This document shows positions 25,801 through 35,865 of a DNA stretch of 64,000 bases, piece by piece (positions within the stretch are counted from its first letter, which is position 1; each line of letters starts with the position of its first letter). Location of the stretch: assembly GCA_043228905.1 (NCBI GenBank), contig JBHGNT010000001.1, positions 22,320,001 through 22,384,000 on the forward strand. Direction: 5' to 3'. The DNA comes from Azolla caroliniana (Eukaryota > Plantae > Polypodiophyta). Position numbers and translations under genes: made by a program. Below the pieces are notes generated by a model. It searched no databases. It worked only from the letters and a program-made list of their open reading frames with translations, and was not told where the DNA came from.

Positions 25801-28506
25801 ATGGAAATGACCTACTTCCTGCCGCCACCCCGATTACGGACGGACGAGAAAAAACGGATGGCCGTACGAAGTCAAAATTTCTGTTTAGTAGAAGACATAC
25901 TATACCACAAAGGTAGTGACGGCATCTGGAGGCGTGGAATACGGCAAGATGAGAAGGCCGCGGTTTTACATGAAGCCCACTGTGGTACAGCGGGAGGACA
26001 TTACGCGAGCGATGTTACGGCCGGGAAAATCTGGCAGGCAGGACTTTGGTGGCCGACGACGCAAAGGGATGCGTATGAATATTGTAGACAGTGTGATTTA
26101 TGTCAACGACTGGGCCAGCCCATGGAAGTCGTGAGAATGCCACACCAACTAGTGTTGCCTCTGGATCCTTTCCAAAAGTGGGGGCTAGATTTTGTGGGAC
26201 CATTCACCCGGGCGGCCGCTCGAACAGACAATAAGTACATCTTAGTGGCCATAGATTATTGTACCAAGTGGGTAAAAGCGAAACCACTACGCGAGAATAC
26301 CACGGCAGTCACGGCGAAATTCCTTTACAAACACATCTGGTGTCGTTTCGGCTGCCCTATCAAGCTCATTAGTGACCAAGGGAGTCACTTTTTGAATACG
26401 GTCATCAGCGAACTGACCCAACATTACGTTGTGGTTCACAAAAAGAGTACGCCGTATTACCCACAGGCTAATGGCTTGGTGGAATCCATGAACCAAACCC
26501 TACAAACTATCCTTAAAAAGATAGTCAATGAGAATAGAACGGATTGGGATACCAAATTGCACAACGCGTTATGGGCATACCGTACCAGCTATTAGACCAG
26601 CATACAATCAACGCCTTTCAGGCTAGCATTTTGTCTGGAGGCCGTGATGCCGATCGAATTCCAGGTACCCAATCTGCGGATTCAAGTACGAGCCCGGCTA
26701 CCAGAGGGCAAATCCGAACATGTACGGCTACAACAACTGCTAGAGCTAGGAGAAACAAGGTTACGAAGTATGGTCATCTTGGAGTAGGAACAGCGGTGGT
26801 GCAAGGCATTCGTGGACTGACACTGGCATGTGCGTGAAAAAGATTTTACAATTGGGAAAGCAGTATTAGTTTTCCAAACATGCATGTCGCATATGCCAGG
26901 AAAATTAAGATTCCGCTGGATAGGCCCGTACTGGATAGTGGGAGCAGAACAGGCAAGTTTCAACTTGGCACGTTGGCCGGGGAAGTGTTACGTCAAAAAG
27001 TAAATGGGTTTCGCCTTAAACCTTATCTGGGACCTACGCCACCTAACCCGTTCCCCGCCGAACAGGGCAAAGCCGGAAAATCCGCGGAGTAACTATAAAG
27101 CCCCACCTATACTATAGTGTAAAGATAATATTGTATGTAACCATTACGAAAAAGAAAAAGAAGAGAAGATAGTGACGTTATTAAAAGGACTTAAGGCATG
27201 CACAGACTTCTAGGCCAAGAACACACGGCACCATATTGGCTAACGGACCAATGAACCCTAGGCCACAAAAAGAAGGAAATAAAAGGTTTTCTGCACACTA
27301 TAGAAACCAACCTTCTAACTCGCATCGCTCGTATCACTCCCCTTCCTCATCCTCTTCTCCATCCTATCACAGAGCTCAAGTTCGCCATAGCCAGCAATCC
27401 TCACCCATTAACCACGAGCCTAATCCGACTATGCTAATACCCATCTCTGCCGCCTTGCGTCGATGGCTCATGGAGAAACGCTTGGATGGATACATCAGAG
27501 TCGCCGAGGCACCTCCCCACCCTGAAGCCCTAGACATCGCGAGGAAACTCAATATCGACACAATGACCAACACATCCATCCGGAAAAAGCTTGACCTATC
27601 ATCACTGGGTGAAAGGCATTTCAAAATCCCTCCTGTGGAAACTTTGCAGAGATATTTTGGGCCTTATTCGGCGTCCGCCAAGGCATATAGAACGAAGGAG
27701 ATCCCCGACCCCTTTTTCCGCGAAATAGCCAAGCTCCTGTTGGAGGTCGGATGCATACATGTAAACGCATATGGGATGCCCAAGAAGAAGGCAGGTATCA
27801 TCATTGTTATCTTTTAAGGGCGTATGGTCGATTGGGGGATCATTACGGGACCGGCAATACGGGAAGGCCTGCATGCGTATCAAGGAGGCAAAAAGCTCAG
27901 GCCTATCATACAACAATATCTGACAATACTATTCCAACCCCGAGGTCTACCGGCATCGCAGTCCAGCCAACCTATGCCGCTGCCACGATCCACGAAATGA
28001 AGGTTAGTTGAGTTGGCCACCACAGAGTGGGAGGATGAACCCCAATCTGCCCAAACTAACACGCGAACAATGCAGGAAGAGCGGGCGGAGCGCAACGAGG
28101 AAGCTGCACAAGAGCCAGAAGCCGAACCACGTCAGGAAAGCCCGAGGCCGAAACGGCGGAGGCTGGATAGGAAATATGGATGCGGGTTAGTTAAAGACAT
28201 ACTCGCGGCCACAGAGACGACGACCGTGGTCCACAACTCCCTAGCTACGGAGCCCAACACCACCTTCGAAATAATCCGGGAACCACGATCGATCATTACG
28301 GCCTAGTCTCAACGGGGGAAAGGCGTATTTACGGCGGAAAGCGAGTTCCTGGCATATCCAGACATTCCGGCCACGACCCATGAGTTCGGCACACTATTAC
28401 ATTTTGGAACCACTTCTGAACTCATGGAATTTTTGGCAACGCAACAAATAAAAGTCTCACAAGGAATGGTCGAGGAGCACGCGGAGCGCCAAATGATCGA
28501 GCGCGC

Positions 28507-29178
28507 TGTCGCGTTGTTACGCGCGTGCGTGGAGAAGGGCGGAACCACGGGGGTCTCGGACTAAGGAGAAGGGGAGAAGGAATAGGACTTCGGAATGGAG
28601 CTTAGCACAAGAAGAGGAAGAATGAACAAGAGGAAGATGGAGGCCAAATGCTCAACAAGATATATTAGAACCGAAACCGATTACAAAATGGCGGCCGCGT
28701 AGGCCGCACCAAACGACTATGATAAACCCGAAACCCTAATCCGACGAAGAAGAAAAGAAACCCTAACCCTAAAACGAAATGGTATACCTCACTCACACTC
28801 AAAATAAGGCAACCCCCACAATGGTGCTCTTCCTCTCCCTTTATAGCACAAGGAGGGAAGACCGTTACATAAAGGGGTGCTACAAAATATCCCCTTTCAA
28901 TCAATGGGGATATTTCCCTTGATTTTAGGGGAGGTGGGAAGGATGGGTCTTAACTCCCACCTCTACACGAACTACTATGTACCTATCTCTCTCTCTCACG
29001 TGGATGTGCGCGCAAAAGCACATCACCTCTACACTTTACAAATCCTAAGGTGCATTTCTAGCACCATACTTATCACTATCGATAAATAGAAATACAACAT
29101 GGTGATGTGCAACGTTGCACATCGCGGGTTTGCTTGCTTCGCTCGGTTTTCCGCCTATGGACGAAAATCTTCACGACA
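28507..29178 (-). repeat. 3' LTR of the tRNA-Trp element
   Basis: Identical by eye to 33207-33878 except at 28518, 28520 and 28523; identical small ORFs in the track. Confidence 0.95.
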
Positions 29179-29191
29179 TCCGCCCCCACCT
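29179..29191 (-). promoter_or_regulatory. Polypurine tract
   Basis: AGGTGGGGGCGGA on the minus strand abutting the 3' LTR. Confidence 0.75.
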
Positions 29192-29201
29192 AACCGCACA
29201 T

Positions 29202-32200
29202 CTACCGGTATGTGCCAAAAGGGGAACAAAACGCGAGATTTTCGGCCAAGGCGGCCAACCGAGCCCTTGACAACCTCGTGGGCTTGCCCGGCTTCGTCTT
29301 CCACTTCGAGCAAGTCCACCCCGTCCACACGAACCACCGTCGCCTTCCGGCCCACCATATCCGCCGAATGGTCTCGAACCGGCGGCTCCATCCGATCCGC
29401 CACACTCGACAATGCTCGCCGAGTCGTTGCCTCCACCTGATCCGCCACGTCCACCGTGTTTCCTCGAACCACCGACTACACTCGGACCGCCATATCCGAT
29501 GCCCGTGCTTTCCTCCCCGTTCGGTCCTCCCGAACGCCGTTGCCGACCCTTTGTCCGCCTCGCATATCCTCCGGATCCGCCTTTTTCGTGCCGCGCACCT
29601 CGTCGTGCCGACTCTTCTCGCTCCGCGCTCGCCTTCCGTAGGCTTTCCCCGTATGTCGGTGTCGTCCTCCGAATGCGTGCTCGTGCTTCGGTCCTTCGAT
29701 GACCCCATCACGCATTTTTCGTCTTCCCCTTGCTTGCCGTGCTCTCTCGCCGTAGAGCATACCATCGTTCCCGTGCTCGTTGCTTGGCCCTCATGCGACC
29801 GTATTGCACGTTTCGCATTCCGCTCCTCTTCGCGTACCCTTTCGGAAAGGTACCCTTCTTCCCCGACCTCCGTTTCGCTCGGAGGAACACCCTCTTGGCC
29901 CCCTTGGCCCGCTCGACCGCACACATCCTTCGTGATGTCGTGTTCGTTCCTTTGGGCGCATACATCTTCGTTCACCGCGACCTCCCGTATGCCTCTCTCG
30001 GTGCCTTCATCCGTTGTGGCCTTCGTCCCCTCGCCGCCACCGTCCGCCACTCTTGGTCTCACGTCGGCACTCGCGCCGATCGCCGGAGTCTCTATAGCCG
30101 GTGTGGAGGATCCCTCTCGGGTCTTATCTTCGTGGCCGCCGGTCTTAGCCTCTCCGTAGGCCACCTCTTCCCACCAATCTTCCCTAGCATCGTGCCGGGT
30201 CTCGTCGTCGCCGCCTTCCTCCTCGTATTCGCCTCTCGAAGGCGTGATCCGACCGTCATCTTCGGTTGCTCGATGTGGCTCCTTCGTAGGCATGCTTGTG
30301 TCTTGGCCCTCCATCGGCCGTATTGCATGCATCTCGTCTCGCTCTTCCGCCGTAGACCCGACCTCCGTGTCGGTCTTCTCCTCCTTTGTCGCCGTAGCCC
30401 GTTCCGACACGGGCTCGCCGTCTTGGACCCACCCGTCCACCATCTCGTACCGGATATCCGTTCCGGTAACCTCGTACGCTCCGGTCTCCGACTCCTCGCC
30501 GCCACCCGCCGTTTCTCCGGTCTTATGTTGATCCGCAACCGCCGTAGTCTCTAGAGTGGGTATGGAGGGTCTCGTTTGTTTCCGTTTTTCCCCCGAACCA
30601 TGGTCGTCGTGCCCGGCTAGCCTCCATCTCGCGCTTACCGGCTCCCATCGTAACCGTAACCGTAACCGGCCAATCGGTCTCGCCGGCTTCCTTCGGTTTG
30701 GGCCCGGTTCGCCGGCCCTTACTCTCTTCTTCTTCCGTGCCGTATTCCGGTCGGGTCGGTTCCCGACTCTCTCCTCGTTTCCGCTCCGGTCCTCTCCGTC
30801 GGACCCACCGTATACGCCCATTCCGGGCCCCGCATACTCATCTTCGTATGCGCTCTCTCCGGGCCTCACCTCCTCACGGTCACCGCCCATCTCTCCGGTC
30901 TCACGTTGGCATTCGAGCACAACCGCCGAAGTCTCCGGCCCCGACGTCAAGGGGTCTTGCCTCCGTCCGCTCCAATCTTCCTTCTCGATTCCGTTGCCCG
31001 CCTTGCCGCCGTCACCTCCCGTCGCACTAAGCCTCATGCCGGCTCTTGGGCCGGCCATTGGAGCCTCTAGGATTGGTGTGGGTAAGGACCCGGCACCGCC
31101 GCTTGTTGTCTCCGTAGCCGCTTTCGTTCGGACGTCGTTGTCCGCGGCTCCCCCATCTCCGATTCCGTAAGCCTCTAGTATGCTTGCCACCACCTCTTCT
31201 TCGCCGTTCTCCGCATCATTTTGTTTGCCCGCCTTGCCGCCGCCACCGCCCGTCGTTCTAGGTCTCGTGCCGGCACTCGGGCCGACCGCCGAAGCCTCTA
31301 GGGCCGGTGTGTGGAAGGTCGCGGCACCACTACTCCTCTCGTCCGTAGCCACCTCCATTCGGACATCGTCGTCCGTGGCTACCCCGTCTTCGGTTTCGCA
31401 AGCATTGAGTATGCTTGCCGCCGCCTCTTCTTCGCCGGTCTCGTCCTTATCTCGGTTGTCCGCCTTGCCGCCGCCACCGTCCGTAGCTCCAGGTCTCGTG
31501 CCGGCACTCGGGCCGACCGCCGAAGCCTCTAGGGCCGGTGTGTGGAAGGTCGCGACACCGACGCTCGTCTCCTCTTCCTCCTCCATTTCGCAAGCCTCGA
31601 GTATGCTCGCGAAATCCTCGTAGAACGTTTCGGGCAACCGCGTCCCGAAACTTCCGCCCACTCTCGAAGTGGCGTCCATCGCTCCGTAGATATCGGCCTC
31701 ATCCATGGCCGTTCTTTTTCCCCGAGATGAGACGGTCGCTTGCTCCGCACCTTCTCTCGTGTCGACGCCGTGGTCGCCCGCCTTGCCACAGCCACCGCCT
31801 TTCACCATAGGTCTTACGCGGGCACTCGGGCCGGCCGCCGTGATCTCCCGGAATGACGCGTGTAAGGTCGCGGGACCGCCGCTCGTCGATGTAATGTCCG
31901 TAGCCACCTCCGCTCGGACGTCGTTGTCCGTGGCTACCCCGCCTCCGTATATGCAAGCATCGGTTATGCTCGCCGCCGCCTCTTCCGCGGTCTCCTTACC
32001 GTTGTCTCGGTTGCCCGCCTTGCCGCCGCCACCGTGCTTTTCCCTCGGTCTCACGCGGGCGCTCGGGCCGGCCGCCGGGGTCTCTTGAACCGGTGCGTGG
32101 AAGGTTGCGGTACCGCCGCTTGTCTCCTCCGTACTCGATGATTCGGGCCACCATGTCCCGAATCCGCCATGTCCGCTCGAATCGGCGACCGCCGCCTCAC

Positions 32201-33164
32201 CGTCCCCGACCTCGTCCTCGGTCGTTCTTTCCCCCCATGTCGAGAGGGCGGCTCGCTCCGCACCCTCTCCCGTGGTACCGATGTACCATTCTCTTTCGGC
32301 CTCCGCATAGGCCCCGTCCTCCATGTGTGAGGAAGCTCCTTCCTCCGCGTCCTCCGATCCGCTCGGGCCCGACCCCGCAATAAGCCATTCTTCGGCTTCG
32401 ATTTTCGCCATTACGAGCCCGCACGCCTCCCGTATTAGCGCTTGTAGGTCGAGCCCCTCCAAACCGGTTCGCGATGAGCTCTCGTCCGGCGGCATGGCGT
32501 AGTTGGTCGTCGCTCTCTCTTCTCCCCCGCTCGCGGGCCGTGTTGTGGCCGACCGCCTCGCCTCATGTTGCCGACACACCCATTCCACTTCGGGCCACTC
32601 CTCGGTGAGACCATGCGCCCCATAATCGTCTTGAAGCTCGAACGTGATGTCCATCCTCTCCTCGTGATGGACCGTCTCCAAAAATAGGAGGACTTTGTCC
32701 GCCCCCACCGATCTTCGTTCCCACTCCGAGAGTTGAGAGAAACGACGCTCGAACTCTCGGAATGCCTCTATTGCGCTCCGATGGCGCCTCGCCGACGCCA
32801 TCCACCGATCGAACTCTCGCCGACCTCTTACCTCCGATTCCGCGCACCCGTATGCCTCCATTAGAGCCCCTTCAAAGGACTCCCACGATTCGTGAGCTTC
32901 TTGGAGCTCCTTGACCTCCTCGTACTTTGATGCGGCCGCCGCTCGACGAAAGAACTCTAGCCTCGTCGCTTCGTCCACGCCCATCCCCGTCATTTCCGCA
33001 TCGTAGGCTCTCAAAAATTTTGGGACCTCCTTCCCATCGAACCGGCCGACTAGACGGACCACCCTTTCGACCGCTTGTTGAGCCGCCTCTCGCCTCGCCC
33101 TCTTCCGTCCGGCGTCCGTCAAGATCTTTGTCATCATCTCCTCGAAGTCGAAGCCTTCCTCCAT
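29202..33164 (-). CDS. 1320-aa protein: retrotransposon Gag-like N-terminus plus long acidic G/A/T/E-rich repeat tail, no Pol motifs
   Basis: Fully open ORF filling the internal region; RFDGKEVPKFLRAYDAEM...WESFEGALMEAY...FERRFSQLS resembles gag; about 60-aa repeats ATFHTPALEASAVGPSAGTRP. Confidence 0.85.
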   Translation of the reverse strand: MEEGFDFEEMMTKILTDAGRKRARREAAQQAVERVVRLVGRFDGKEVPKFLRAYDAEMTGMGVDEATRLEFFRRAAAASKYEEVKELQEAHESWESFEGALMEAYGCAESEVRGRREFDRWMASARRHRSAIEAFREFERRFSQLSEWERRSVGADKVLLFLETVHHEERMDITFELQDDYGAHGLTEEWPEVEWVCRQHEARRSATTRPASGGEERATTNYAMPPDESSSRTGLEGLDLQALIREACGLVMAKIEAEEWLIAGSGPSGSEDAEEGASSHMEDGAYAEAEREWYIGTTGEGAERAALSTWGERTTEDEVGDGEAAVADSSGHGGFGTWWPESSSTEETSGGTATFHAPVQETPAAGPSARVRPREKHGGGGKAGNRDNGKETAEEAAASITDACIYGGGVATDNDVRAEVATDITSTSGGPATLHASFREITAAGPSARVRPMVKGGGCGKAGDHGVDTREGAEQATVSSRGKRTAMDEADIYGAMDATSRVGGSFGTRLPETFYEDFASILEACEMEEEEETSVGVATFHTPALEASAVGPSAGTRPGATDGGGGKADNRDKDETGEEEAAASILNACETEDGVATDDDVRMEVATDERSSGAATFHTPALEASAVGPSAGTRPRTTGGGGGKAGKQNDAENGEEEVVASILEAYGIGDGGAADNDVRTKAATETTSGGAGSLPTPILEAPMAGPRAGMRLSATGGDGGKAGNGIEKEDWSGRRQDPLTSGPETSAVVLECQRETGEMGGDREEVRPGESAYEDEYAGPGMGVYGGSDGEDRSGNEERVGNRPDRNTARKKKRVRAGEPGPNRRKPARPIGRLRLRLRWEPVSARWRLAGHDDHGSGEKRKQTRPSIPTLETTAVADQHKTGETAGGGEESETGAYEVTGTDIRYEMVDGWVQDGEPVSERATATKEEKTDTEVGSTAEERDEMHAIRPMEGQDTSMPTKEPHRATEDDGRITPSRGEYEEEGGDDETRHDAREDWWEEVAYGEAKTGGHEDKTREGSSTPAIETPAIGASADVRPRVADGGGEGTKATTDEGTERGIREVAVNEDVCAQRNEHDITKDVCGRAGQGGQEGVPPSETEVGEEGYLSERVREEERNAKRAIRSHEGQATSTGTMVCSTAREHGKQGEDEKCVMGSSKDRSTSTHSEDDTDIRGKPTEGERGARRVGTTRCAARKRRIRRICEADKGSATAFGRTERGGKHGHRIWRSECSRWFEETRWTWRIRWRQRLGEHCRVWRIGWSRRFETIRRIWWAGRRRWFVWTGWTCSKWKTKPGKPTRLSRARLAALAENLAFCSPFGTYR

Positions 33165-33184
33165 CTCTTTCTCCCTTGCCGCCC

Positions 33185-33202
33185 TTCACGTCGGGTTCAC
33201 CA
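33185..33202 (-). promoter_or_regulatory. tRNA-Trp primer-binding site
   Basis: Plus strand TTCACGTCGGGTTCACCA matches the plant cytosolic tRNA-Trp 3' end as I recall it; 4 nt from the 5' LTR. Confidence 0.88.
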
Positions 33203-33206
33203 AAGA

Positions 33207-33878
33207 TGTCGCGTTGTAATGCACGTGCGTGGAGAAGGGCGGAACCACGGGGGTCTCGGACTAAGGAGAAGGGGAGAAGGAATAGGACTTCGGAATGGAG
33301 CTTAGCACAAGAAGAGGAAGAATGAACAAGAGGAAGATGGAGGCCAAATGCTCAACAAGATATATTAGAACCGAAACCGATTACAAAATGGCGGCCGCGT
33401 AGGCCGCACCAAACGACTATGATAAACCCGAAACCCTAATCCGACGAAGAAGAAAAGAAACCCTAACCCTAAAACGAAATGGTATACCTCACTCACACTC
33501 AAAATAAGGCAACCCCCACAATGGTGCTCTTCCTCTCCCTTTATAGCACAAGGAGGGAAGACCGTTACATAAAGGGGTGCTACAAAATATCCCCTTTCAA
33601 TCAATGGGGATATTTCCCTTGATTTTAGGGGAGGTGGGAAGGATGGGTCTTAACTCCCACCTCTACACGAACTACTATGTACCTATCTCTCTCTCTCACG
33701 TGGATGTGCGCGCAAAAGCACATCACCTCTACACTTTACAAATCCTAAGGTGCATTTCTAGCACCATACTTATCACTATCGATAAATAGAAATACAACAT
33801 GGTGATGTGCAACGTTGCACATCGCGGGTTTGCTTGCTTCGCTCGGTTTTCCGCCTATGGACGAAAATCTTCACGACA
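33207..33878 (-). repeat. 5' LTR of the tRNA-Trp element
   Basis: Direct repeat of 28507-29178; minus-strand TATA GCTATAAAGG near 33540; telobox motifs. Confidence 0.95.
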
Positions 33879-35365
33879 GCGTGCTAACACAAACAGCGGA
33901 AAGCGACGAAGAGGATCAGTTAGCCAGAGTCAGCCGACAGAGGAACGCCGGTATCCGCCGTATGGGGATGGAACTACCCCCATTAAACGTGGCCCTTGTC
34001 GAAGTTCATAGGGAACTGGCGAAGGTTAGTATGGGCGCCAAGGATATGGCGATTAAAAATAAAAATGTCTAGAAGACTGTCAAATTGACCCAAGCCGAGT
34101 TACAAAACGCCAACGGACACATTGCGGAGTTGGAGCGCAACACGACTACGGCGCAACAGGCAGCTCAACCAACATCCAACGCTGCCGAGGCCCTGAGAGA
34201 TGAAATTGAAGCCCAGACTGCCATTGCCTCGAAAGCAAAACGGGCCGTGCAACTGGCGGAATCGGGGACTGACCGTCTCTGCTCCGAACTTCGCCAGTCC
34301 TCGAACAGAGAGAAGGACATCCGGGCCAACGGCTGAAAGGCAATGAAGACCCTTGAAGAGAAACTCGTAGCGGAGGCAGGATAGCACACCCGCATGAAAG
34401 AAGAAAACGCCAAACTATGGGAGGAAGCGAAAAAATCGTAAGCGGAGATTACGGGACTCCAGGCGTTATTAGACAAGAAGAAAGCATGGTTCGACGAGTA
34501 GCTAGTTGGGGAACAAGAGAGGAGGAATCAGCTCGAAATACGCCTGAACAATGAAATGGGAAAGATGGAAGAATTACATTCGAAGGAATCTCCGCAATGG
34601 GCAAGGATGAGGAGCACGTAAAAGTGGCGCTAGACAAAGGCTGGATGGCGTGGCCCGCACAAGCAGCGGAATTGCATACATACCGGGCGGACTGGGAGAC
34701 CCGAATGAAGGACGACGAAGGGTTCTACAAACTCAATGAGGAAAGCATTGTGATAGTACGTGAGGACCTAGCGTAGGACTATCGCACGCTAGTGGACCAA
34801 CACTCCGAGGAACCCGTGCAGCTACTAGACGATTATGGCGAAAGTCAGGATCATGCAACTACTAGACCTGTTTCACCAGATCATGCAAGCCGGCAGCACG
34901 CGAACAAACGAGGAATCCATCGCGATACCAATTCCAGATATTGCCGAACAAGAGGAACCTCAGCCCATGTCACCGGAAATAACCGCTACGGTGGACAGCA
35001 CAGAACAGCAAGCAGAGCCCCCCGCGGTACCAGAAAGCGAAACCGCTGACCAAGAGGAACCCAAGCCCCATTCACCGGACTGTACGCCTATGGCCAACGC
35101 CACGGAGGAAGTTATGGATGAGACAGAACCTCGACCGGCCGCAAGCCCACCGACGGCTGAACCAACCACAATAGCACAAGATGAGCCAGCAAAGCTTGGA
35201 CCGCCCACACAAGAAGCCAGCGACACCATGGGAAGCCCTCTTGAGCAAGTAGTGGAACCATGCAATGACGCGCCTAGGAACAGTACGCCATCCCCGGACC
35301 CGGACACCGGAGCAAAACCAAACATCAGGGCCATTTTGGAGGAAGATTAAAGGGGTGGGTCCGAC

Positions 35366-35397
35366 GTGCCATGGCACTGTCCCACAGGTGTGCCAGG
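35366..35397 (+). promoter_or_regulatory. Palindrome plus tRNA-sense anti-PBS abutting the E2 3' LTR
   Basis: GTGCCATGGCAC (35366-35377), GTCCCACAGGTGTGCCA (35379-35395), GG, then LTR TG. Confidence 0.8.
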
Positions 35398-35865
35398 TGT
35401 TGTCCGCCAGAATAGTAACCGACGGACAGTAGTGCAGATATATAGAATATAGTAAAATTGTAACGCATGTAAACGGTTCATGCGGGAAGTGTGAACGGCT
35501 TAAAGACCTGTGTATATAAAGGGTAGAAATCCTCTGATAGAGGTAGCGTGTAAATTTGGGTGCATAGAGTGTATCTTAATAGAGTGTTATCTTCTGCATA
35601 TCTGTGGCTAATCTACTGTGTGTCTGTGATTCTTGGTGTCATATTGTAATCACTGTAATCGTAAGAAGCGTAGGCGTAAGTGCGAGTGTTGTGACGAGTG
35701 CACTGTCTAGGGAGTTCAGTTGTAGCCGTCTCTCGTATACGCTACTAGGATGTGGAGAGGTATCCCATTATGTATTACAGCACGACGGTACCATTCGGGG
35801 CTATGTAGTCACCTTGAGATCTAGGTCAAAGGACTGACTGAAGACCGTGTTCCTAATCAGTAACA
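35398..35865 (+). repeat. 3' LTR of E2
   Basis: TGTTGTCC...CCTAATCAGTAACA, homologous to the E1 LTRs. Confidence 0.9.

Larger units (their letters stand above)
28507..33878 (-). mobile_element. Young non-autonomous LTR retroelement with tRNA-Trp PBS, 4-bp TSD and a single ORF (TR-GAG-like)
   Basis: 672-bp LTRs at an offset of exactly 4700, element-strand ends TGTCGTG...CGCGACA, TSD GCGC/GCGT, PBS, PPT. Confidence 0.95.
27251..35350 (+). pseudogene. ORF2 of E2, split by the tRNA-Trp element
   Basis: MNPRPQKEG...IPDPFFREIAKLLLEVG...GRMVDWGIITG, coiled coil, then P/E/T-rich tail. Confidence 0.8.
22851..35865 (+). mobile_element. Second copy (E2) of the tRNA-Arg gypsy family, 5' end lost
   Basis: gag-pol about 22851-27092 collinear with E1, ORF2 27251-28506 plus 33879-35350, 3' LTR 35398-35865; right flank AGTGT resumes copia gag. 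Confidence 0.92.

Noticed and set aside
28501-28506. 6-bp TSD GCGCGC/GCGTGC
   Set aside because: Removing 6 bp leaves the host 2 nt short relative to the E1 homolog; 4 bp restores collinearity.
29202-29480. Degenerate integrase GPY/F module at the end of the 1320-aa ORF
   Set aside because: Trp/Arg-rich, but no recognisable GPY/F or DDE motif in the frames I inspected; it would need a profile search.
29212-31623. Long antisense ORFs opposite the 1320-aa ORF
   Set aside because: Ser/Pro/Arg-rich shadow frames are expected in GC-rich coding DNA; no motifs seen.
33185-33202. tRNA-Trp gene
   Set aside because: Only the 3' 18 nt including CCA are present, next to an LTR; this is a PBS, not a tRNA gene.
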